Below, piece by piece: positions 58,101-64,000 of a stretch of 64,000 nucleotides of DNA. The stretch's first letter is position 1; every line of letters starts with the position of its first letter. Below the pieces are notes generated by a model. The model was given only the letters and a program-made list of their open reading frames with translations, was not told the origin of the DNA and made no database searches. Location of the stretch: IMG/VR virus record IMGVR_UViG_3300025141_016375, positions 1 through 64,000 of that record. The stretch is one strand, 5' to 3'. The position numbers and the translations under genes are program-made. Source of the stretch: a virus.

Positions 58101-58910
58101 CAAGATGATACACCTTTCATTCAAAAAACGCTTCACAAAACTGTTGCCGGTGTTTCTTTGGACAATCCGGGATTTACGCAAGGTATCCCCGTAACAATGA
58201 ACCTCTTGCTCCGCTTGGCTAATGCCGGGAATTATGCTGCGACTGTTTCTCCCTTTATGGAACAAAACATATTCGATGCTAATGGAACTTTAATGCTTGA
58301 AAATTATTATTTGTATATTTTGTTTTTGTGTCTGCTGGGACGGGTAGAATATTTAACGGGGTTTACTCAAAGGCCCGGGATGGGCACTTTAACCCCCACT
58401 TCTTTTCATTATAGAAATCAAGTTAGATCCCCCCAATGGGCCAAGCTTACACCAATCGCGATTGGAAGCCTTAAAGATGATGAATTTTTGTATTGTCGGG
58501 TGAGTCTATACGATGAAGGCCCCCTTATCGATAATTCCTATATACGCTTATTTAGAGCCTATTTTACTAATGATCAATATTTTTACATGGGAGCAGGCAC
58601 AACCTATACTATGGCTCCCGAAGATGCCGCGGGGCCCTTAACTACTTCTACGCCCAATCTTACGACTGCCACCGGTTTAAATGTCCTCCCCGCTGGTGCG
58701 CTAGCCACACCGGGCGGCGCCACTAATTCAGTGACACAGGGCTTGTCCATTGGCTTTGGGGCTTCCGGCGCGCCAACACCAGCACTGCCGGGAGGTGCAC
58801 CACTACCGTCAGCTGCAGGGAAACGCGCGCCCAAGGGGAAAAATAAAAAGAATAAGGGAAGCGCCAAAGGAAAGAAAAAGAAGCCCCTGCGGCGGCGGAA
58901 GAAGATATAG
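55161..58910 (+). CDS. Large hypothetical virion protein with a low-complexity linker and basic C-terminal tail
   Basis: GGAGG RBS and TGATG overlap with the previous gene; ends GKRAPKGKNKKNKGSAKGKKKKPLRRRKKI. Confidence 0.8.
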   Translation: MAKGLNYVPRPFVSRILVETATNTTSNAQQWIDLYTEQTDTDFGNDKANKLKITFNFAFKSLYPSYGNCVALEETSTVISKLGITGYRVRDPKLLKEFLDFKVEVGFGKREWAEANFGIGASHPMPYILKEDLPDYIVRQNGTNILTLPHYIFDIYEYNDTAATPNGNPEFLAYVFFITDKSITPNVFTSEIVFRGGALVNTTSYFVIGDHYEKGGKMYSLVEENLDVDTGVSLTAQVKKSYGAPGQLWCGSVHKHGAKLMAGLEKNGAQPVLKMYTARNDKIVDVRAAQAVDKTYAYEGSQYEKSLSFITTPTFANYQQYKVTDYLIPQSNGVFTEVDYSIRTFTSADDYSMALSMPPAAKVCLFFGMDKVRLLKQGTALPGLLDRLTAFNPDFLSYFTAKINITRFEIARLNVETGQAQILLIGNNGDYFDDAATADPDNKPVARRAKGHRLRRVGAAGTNIKFANDDGTISFYEFRDGELNADSYDNGMYKYSVKVSFRDPIWDYLNGHLTTLTKITEDLDDLLFKTSLKFLDTSVNKTVAVFDKYYQKMNPVFVEKALAGTALVGFTFATEGAYEGVPQSIVTAFAPYHVTETTKYNNLTLLLHAISGDMTALVAIDDYYQQTELQAAYGNSYHSDIRDYLINSTKLATTTPILLEKARSILALLSDKIAKVVSIYSREIKNKNSDVGADPYTDFLKGQGDFASPSTVNEIEMKHTFKKDIDLAKVKDRFDWLQNMGPSTQPFYSLKVVRSGDYIDTIATSFSYLLNEDTTYDPLAIGVDYWFLPSYTMRFEWGQGYVMWGDTPRAGTETFKLFNYKDQPQGTFAGDFENKFYQAMRKKVLGGSTDTQKNVSMLEILAFFGIKGPTKFFELTFLGLTPVLSEEQKTTISLIASALDFKKAGESGDQEQETDVDSNPTGKLVTKSGGVTEKDTASGAPHEWGGLSAKMWDINAAKKILALLFSDNSKKNNYRNLNLFQDDTPFIQKTLHKTVAGVSLDNPGFTQGIPVTMNLLLRLANAGNYAATVSPFMEQNIFDANGTLMLENYYLYILFLCLLGRVEYLTGFTQRPGMGTLTPTSFHYRNQVRSPQWAKLTPIAIGSLKDDEFLYCRVSLYDEGPLIDNSYIRLFRAYFTNDQYFYMGAGTTYTMAPEDAAGPLTTSTPNLTTATGLNVLPAGALATPGGATNSVTQGLSIGFGASGAPTPALPGGAPLPSAAGKRAPKGKNKKNKGSAKGKKKKPLRRRKKI

Positions 58911-58957
58911 ACCTAAAGACTTCAGAGCATTAACAGTGCATGAATAAAAGGAATTAT

Positions 58958-58966
58958 ACTAATTAT
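58958..58966 (+). promoter_or_regulatory. Putative late promoter ACTAATTAT
   Basis: Intergenic motif 24 nt before the ATG at 58990, with an AAGGAG RBS. Confidence 0.55.
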
Positions 58967-58989
58967 TAATGGATTTTAAGGAGAAATAG

Positions 58990-59193
58990 ATGCCCCCTAC
59001 TGGATACAATAGCGATTATTATAGCAGTGCTTATTTACTATATATGGATGACTCTGCCCCCTCCGTCGATAACGTGGTAAGTGATTACGATTTTTCCATA
59101 TATTATGATTCAACAGACACCGCAGGTGCAAATACAACACCACCGACCGGAGAGACGGACGACAGCGCCGCTCCGCTCACATATACTTCATAG
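58990..59193 (+). CDS. Small acidic D/S/T/Y-rich protein
   Basis: Strong RBS and promoter motif; in frame with the next ORF across a TAG. Confidence 0.55.
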   Translation: MPPTGYNSDYYSSAYLLYMDDSAPSVDNVVSDYDFSIYYDSTDTAGANTTPPTGETDDSAAPLTYTS

Positions 59194-59205
59194 GCATTAT
59201 TAATA

Positions 59206-62200
59206 ATGGGAATAAAAACTGAAATAGCAGTAGAAAAGCCGCCGGACCCACCAGTAGCGTACGCCTTTGTAGATGGCTGGCACGGGCACGATCCAAATGC
59301 AGTATCCCCGTCGTCTTACACTTTGATAGACAATTTTGATAAATTTGATCTCGATACTTATAGCCGTTATATATCTATTGCGACGGTGACGGAAACCACC
59401 GCTCCTTTAATGCGAAGTGTGATACAAAACCTCGAAACAGTAGAGATGCCCAATTACACGCGCCCCTTTGCTTATAGATGGGAAATAAGGCCCGATCTGC
59501 TGCGCTTTTTTACCAATAGGCGATTTTATTTGAATCAAGACAATGTAGTGAGCTATCCTCCCCAGACGTATTTATGGCCCGCCTGCACAGGCCAAGCTTG
59601 CGTATCGGCTACGGATCTTATGCCCTATACGTTTGCTGCGAAAAAGGCCGCCATCGGCATGGTCTCGAAACAATATCCTTATGAAGGTACAGAATTTTTA
59701 ACAAGCTTGATCCCTGTTTATGACGAGGGCTGGAGGTCTTCTCCAATTAATGAAAAACTAAACAATAATTTTTCTCTGACCAATTCTAAGATAAAGTGGA
59801 TAGATTACTTTATAGGAGGCAACAGGGGTCCCCACGGAGAGACTTATAGCATCCCCCAACATCAATTGGGATACGCTCAGCTGGAGCGCCGAGTACCGCA
59901 AGCTCCGCAGACCTCTGAGGCGTTTTTAGAGGTGCTAGAATATCTCAGAAAGTTGCTGAGTTCCGGTGTCCACCAATCCGGGAATCAATACGTTCTCGAC
60001 GAGCATCACGCGAGCCAAGATTTGTCGGATTATCGAGGTATATATACAAACATGGTCCGCTACAGTTCTGGTCCCAACTATCCCGAGGGCGCGCTGGCGG
60101 AGCCTTTGCTGCAGCTCCAAATGTTCACTCGCATGGGCTACTTACCAGGCCTGGATAGTGGAGGGGATTGGCCCTGGGCATATGATGCCGCTTACAGGCT
60201 CCTAATGCGTTTGACCAGTTTTCAGTATGTATCTTTTTGGGAAGGGTCCTCCCAAGATCCTCATCTGGCCAATGGCTATAAATTTCCTAAGCACACTTAC
60301 TTTGTTGCAGACTTCCCTATAGGTCGCCCCTCTGCTTTTGGCTCCCAAAAGGAAGATCTTTACACGGGTACTCGTAAGGATCTACTTGGTTGTGTTCCTA
60401 CTTATAATTATTTTTCTCCTTTGACCGAGGATTTTACACCAGAGGTTGTAACCACCGAACGACAGCTTCCCAATATCTATACTTTTTATTCTTATAAGGC
60501 GAATACCACCACTTCCCAATTAGCTTATTACAAGGCTCTGATTCATTTGGGGAAGAACTCTTCTACTAGCACGGCAGCTGCTAATTTTCAATTGAATGAT
60601 TATTATACGACCATCAAGACCATGGCACCGGAGGGCTCTGAAGCTGCCCCATCGGTCCTTGACCGCTATAAAAAAGTAGTCTTTGGCGCCAATCTCGAAA
60701 TCTTAAAGGATGTTAAAGCAATACGAGATTATTTTCCTTATAGCATAGAAATTAATTTGCCCAATGCTCATTTTTCAGAGGCTATGCAAAAATTTGAAGA
60801 GAAGGGGGCGGTAGATTATTTCACCAGCTTGTTAGCAAATTATTCCGTAGATCCTGCTGCTTCCAGACGTCGAACGGCGATTCATAAGTACATTTTGCTT
60901 GATAGGTCCAGGCAGCACCCCAGCCATGGCGGAGGCGACATTAAGTTGTCCGACCTCCAAATTTTAAATCTTTCTCATTTTATGAGAAATACTCAATCGG
61001 AATTTGTAGAGCATATTGATGATCACAGATGTGTCAAATTTGGGTCGATTCTTGCACCCAATCAAGACGCAGAAGGGTCGGAAGCTACCGACACCGCCTT
61101 CGATTTATATGCCACTAAATTCAACAATGTTTTTCTCAGCGGCTATACAGGCGACACCCCCCCGCAATATTTAGAAGGTCTGGACAACTATATTAAAGCA
61201 AAAGCGTTAAGCTTCTGGGGTGTATATGAGGGTAGAAAATGCCACACAGAAATTCTAGTTTTTGAGATAGTGAAGTTTAAAATTAATCAATATGGAAAGA
61301 AAGAATTGGTGCAAAGTATTTTTATACCGAATGTTTCTAGTTTTAAAGACGTATTTTCCTATGTTGATACGCAGGTATTTCCCAATCATTCTTATACTTA
61401 TGAAGTTTTTACACACACGTTGCTTGTAGGCAATGTTTATGAAATTTTACGAAAGCATGATAGTCCGGAGACCGAAGCCAAAAAACAAGGCACTGATGAT
61501 ATTTTGTGGTATGGCTACCCCCCAACGTCGGGTGAGTGGCCAGGTTGGCGCCCCACTGAGTTTAACTTAACCAAGTTAGATGGCGCCGCCGAAGACGCTG
61601 ACTACGAACCAACAGGCGTTAGAAACATGCCCACGGCTTTGATTGTGAGGGCACCGTATTACAACAATGAATCACTAGGGGCCCAAAGCGAAACCATTGT
61701 TACATCCCGACCTCCACTGGTTCCCGATGTTGCTTTTTATTCTTATAAAGACGTGGCGGATAAAGTTTTAGTGCTTCTTAATCAAAACTTTGGGACCAAA
61801 ACCATGTTGCCCATCCCCATTTTTCCGGATGATGAAGATAAAATACAAAAACAATTCAATGCCCAGCAATACGATGATAAGCCCCCTGGTTATCTTATTT
61901 ATGCATCTGATGATTATCGGGGAAGGTGGGAAATATATCGCACGACACGTCAGCCCTTAGAGTTAACCGATTTTGATAAGGTGGTGCCCCGCACGATTGA
62001 AACACGCGAGCGCTCAGGATATGAAGACGCCATATTGCCCAATACTGATTATTATTATATGGTACGTTTTGTAGACTTGCATGAGAACATTTCCAATCCC
62101 ACTAGCATCTTTTATTTAAGGATGGTTGAAGAAGAGGGGTTTCCCCCTTATTTGCTCGTGAAGGCGCATAGTATAACTGATTTTCATCGCAACATTATCA

Positions 62201-62529
62201 CCAAACGATTTAAAAAGTTTGTTAAAATTAAACTAAAAGACACTCTAAGAACGGTAATAGGAGAATCCGCTACGTCTGCGCAAATAAGCTATGATGTGGG
62301 AGGCTCTAAGAAATTAAACAAATATAAATTTAGAATCACCTCTCTCAAAACCGGGAAGCAAATAGATATCAATGTTGGCTTTAGCCACATTGTGCATGCG
62401 GCTCCGCTTGTTGCTCCTAATGCTTTATTGGGTGACGATTGGTCCGAAGTTACGGAAGCCATGGCAGCCAAAGCTGAAGAGGCTCTCAACGTTAAAGTGG
62501 AGAACAATTCGGATGCGTCGTGCGATTAA
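59206..62529 (+). CDS. Large virion structural protein with Ig/FN3-like C-terminal modules
   Basis: YVDTQVFPNHSYTYEV and YEDAILPNTDYYYMVRFVD..NISNP are FN3-like strand patterns. Confidence 0.75.
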   Translation: MGIKTEIAVEKPPDPPVAYAFVDGWHGHDPNAVSPSSYTLIDNFDKFDLDTYSRYISIATVTETTAPLMRSVIQNLETVEMPNYTRPFAYRWEIRPDLLRFFTNRRFYLNQDNVVSYPPQTYLWPACTGQACVSATDLMPYTFAAKKAAIGMVSKQYPYEGTEFLTSLIPVYDEGWRSSPINEKLNNNFSLTNSKIKWIDYFIGGNRGPHGETYSIPQHQLGYAQLERRVPQAPQTSEAFLEVLEYLRKLLSSGVHQSGNQYVLDEHHASQDLSDYRGIYTNMVRYSSGPNYPEGALAEPLLQLQMFTRMGYLPGLDSGGDWPWAYDAAYRLLMRLTSFQYVSFWEGSSQDPHLANGYKFPKHTYFVADFPIGRPSAFGSQKEDLYTGTRKDLLGCVPTYNYFSPLTEDFTPEVVTTERQLPNIYTFYSYKANTTTSQLAYYKALIHLGKNSSTSTAAANFQLNDYYTTIKTMAPEGSEAAPSVLDRYKKVVFGANLEILKDVKAIRDYFPYSIEINLPNAHFSEAMQKFEEKGAVDYFTSLLANYSVDPAASRRRTAIHKYILLDRSRQHPSHGGGDIKLSDLQILNLSHFMRNTQSEFVEHIDDHRCVKFGSILAPNQDAEGSEATDTAFDLYATKFNNVFLSGYTGDTPPQYLEGLDNYIKAKALSFWGVYEGRKCHTEILVFEIVKFKINQYGKKELVQSIFIPNVSSFKDVFSYVDTQVFPNHSYTYEVFTHTLLVGNVYEILRKHDSPETEAKKQGTDDILWYGYPPTSGEWPGWRPTEFNLTKLDGAAEDADYEPTGVRNMPTALIVRAPYYNNESLGAQSETIVTSRPPLVPDVAFYSYKDVADKVLVLLNQNFGTKTMLPIPIFPDDEDKIQKQFNAQQYDDKPPGYLIYASDDYRGRWEIYRTTRQPLELTDFDKVVPRTIETRERSGYEDAILPNTDYYYMVRFVDLHENISNPTSIFYLRMVEEEGFPPYLLVKAHSITDFHRNIITKRFKKFVKIKLKDTLRTVIGESATSAQISYDVGGSKKLNKYKFRITSLKTGKQIDINVGFSHIVHAAPLVAPNALLGDDWSEVTEAMAAKAEEALNVKVENNSDASCD

Positions 62530-62592
62530 TTTTAAAATAGCAAATGAAAAAAAGTTCTAATGTTAATAAATATAATAGATTGTAAAGAATGG

Positions 62593-62601
62593 ACTAATTA
62601 A
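62593..62601 (+). promoter_or_regulatory. Putative late promoter ACTAATTAA
   Basis: Motif immediately before the AAGGAG RBS and the ATG at 62618. Confidence 0.5.
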
Positions 62602-62617
62602 TAAAAGGAGTTAAGTT

Positions 62618-63607
62618 ATGGGTTTTTTAGATAATTCGGGCGATATTATTTTAGACGCGGTTCTCACCGATACTGGTCGAATGAGAATGGCAAAGGGCGA
62701 TGGAACCTTTAAAATAGCTAAATATGCGTTTGGCGATGATGAAATTGATTATGGAAACTATAACGCCACTAATCCTAGTGGATCCGCTTATTACGATTTA
62801 GAGATTTTACAAACTCCAATTCTTGAAGCATTTACAAACAATCGCTCTTCTTTAAAGCACAAATTAGTTACAATGACTAACAACAACCTTCTCTTTTTGC
62901 CTGAAATTGTATTAAATGATAATGTATCCATTGGATACAAGGGCAAGTTGCCGCCCCCCACAGATTTGGCCACGGGGAGTTTTATTGTGGCCGTTGATGC
63001 CACTACTGTTAACACCCTTACGGGACAGGACGGCGGTATAGGGCAGCTGAACGGAAGATTTATTGTGGGCACTGCCCCCCAAACGACTGCTAGTCCTTTT
63101 ATTCGAGTCGACCAGGGTTTAAACACTACTAAATTGTCCGCGGAACAACAACTAAGTGCAGAATTGCGCGAACAGCAATATTTAGTTCAAATTGATAACC
63201 GCCTAGGCCGCCTCACCGATCCCCGCGGCCAGTCAGCTACTTCACCAGCTTTTATCGACGACGATCAAATTGCTTCTTATTATTTTACATTGGGCGTCGG
63301 CGGTTTTGTAGAGTTATGCACAACCGGCCCACGCAACGCCATTACGGCTGTTGGCGATAGCGAGGGCACCGGTGGATCAGCGGGAGATTTCCAAGTCTTG
63401 GATGGGCCGCGGGGCACCAACCTTTTATTTTCCATCCAAGCCCAAAGCAATGTACAAGCCAGCACCTTTTTGTTTGAAACGTTGGGTACAACCAAAAACT
63501 TTGAGGGCGTGGACTATTTTGTTATTGATTCCACCGTCAAAGTAACCGGCGTTACTACAGGATATACAATAGACCTTCCCGTACGATACGTAAAACAACA
63601 GACTTAA
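62618..63607 (+). CDS. Virion structural protein with a tail-fibre-attachment-like N-terminus
   Basis: MGFLDNSGDIILDAVLTDTGR..MAKG..FKIAKYAFGDDEIDY; the LT..GR...GD pattern is seen in tail collar and fibre N-termini. Confidence 0.75.
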   Translation: MGFLDNSGDIILDAVLTDTGRMRMAKGDGTFKIAKYAFGDDEIDYGNYNATNPSGSAYYDLEILQTPILEAFTNNRSSLKHKLVTMTNNNLLFLPEIVLNDNVSIGYKGKLPPPTDLATGSFIVAVDATTVNTLTGQDGGIGQLNGRFIVGTAPQTTASPFIRVDQGLNTTKLSAEQQLSAELREQQYLVQIDNRLGRLTDPRGQSATSPAFIDDDQIASYYFTLGVGGFVELCTTGPRNAITAVGDSEGTGGSAGDFQVLDGPRGTNLLFSIQAQSNVQASTFLFETLGTTKNFEGVDYFVIDSTVKVTGVTTGYTIDLPVRYVKQQT

Positions 63608-63622
63608 AATTAGGAGAGCATA

Positions 63623-64000
63623 ATGGCTAACACTTTTAAAACATTTTTACCCGAAGACATTGCGACCACGCGGACGCTACTTCACGAGGCAATTCCGATC
63701 ACGGGAACGATTGTTTCTGGTACTTATGAAGATTTAAATATTAAAAACTTTACACACGCTATGTTTCAATCAGTGTATGATTATCCTTTTTTAAGTTCTT
63801 CGGCTAATCACATCTTTGACATAACTTGGGGCTATTCTGTTAACAGCCCTCAAAGTGCAAGTACTGGGCTTAAAGTGCAGCAAGACAAAAAGATTAATAT
63901 CTATAATCAAATGGCGCTGGTTTTAAATGAGTTGGACATCTCAGGGAATATCCGAGATTTTGATAGAGATGGGGAGATAGATGTTGATATAGACGATGAC
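63623..64000 (+). CDS. Probable structural protein, truncated by the window end
   Basis: AGGAG RBS, ATG at 63623, and a frame open to the end (MANTFKTFLPEDIATTRTLLHEAIPITG...). Confidence 0.8.
   Translation, partial: MANTFKTFLPEDIATTRTLLHEAIPITGTIVSGTYEDLNIKNFTHAMFQSVYDYPFLSSSANHIFDITWGYSVNSPQSASTGLKVQQDKKINIYNQMALVLNELDISGNIRDFDRDGEIDVDIDDD

Noticed and set aside
7022-59208. Genome-wide TAG reassignment (TAG stops at 8074, 20725 and 59193 are followed in frame by the next gene)
   Set aside because: Multi-kilobase ORFs are intact under code 11, TAG ends complete domains, and TAA-terminated genes show the same in-frame adjacency.
30894-63545. Many short minus-strand and alternate-frame ORFs inside the structural genes
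   Set aside because: They are fully nested in long, motif-bearing ORFs and have no recognisable motifs; treated as shadows.

Overview
This window is a dense, almost entirely + strand segment of a very large (jumbo/huge) myovirus-like bacteriophage genome. It has four blocks. (1) 1-12.4 kb, accessory and host-takeover genes: probable head-packaged proteins, an RNA-ligase-like/HIGH nucleotidyltransferase fusion, a Fis-like HTH gene whose 3' end overlaps a complete tmRNA (tag ANDNVEFDFALAA), a tubulin/FtsZ-superfamily GTPase, an archaeal-type (class II) GAPDH homologue, a lipoprotein trypsin-like protease (the only credible minus-strand gene), PIN-PhoH, zincin peptidases and a Cas4/RecB-like nuclease. 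(2) 12.4-25.8 kb, a 16-gene glycan cluster with several glycosyltransferases, methyltransferases, a GNAT, Gmd plus a perosamine-synthase-like aminotransferase, APS kinase and a sulfotransferase, and no export or polymerase genes. (3) 25.8-27.6 kb, small genes and a gp55-like late sigma factor. (4) 27.6-64 kb, a baseplate/tail module: split gp5-like genes with an M15 peptidase, gp25, gp6, and giant 2962 aa and 3443 aa proteins, the latter with LamG domains. A recurring RCTAWTTA motif upstream of many genes is a candidate phage late promoter. The best candidates for undescribed biology are the Fis-like/tmRNA overlap, where tmRNA maturation would turn the upstream mRNA into a non-stop tmRNA substrate, and the phage pathway for a sulfated, methylated amino-sugar glycan. 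All family assignments come from motif recognition by eye; no database searches were run.
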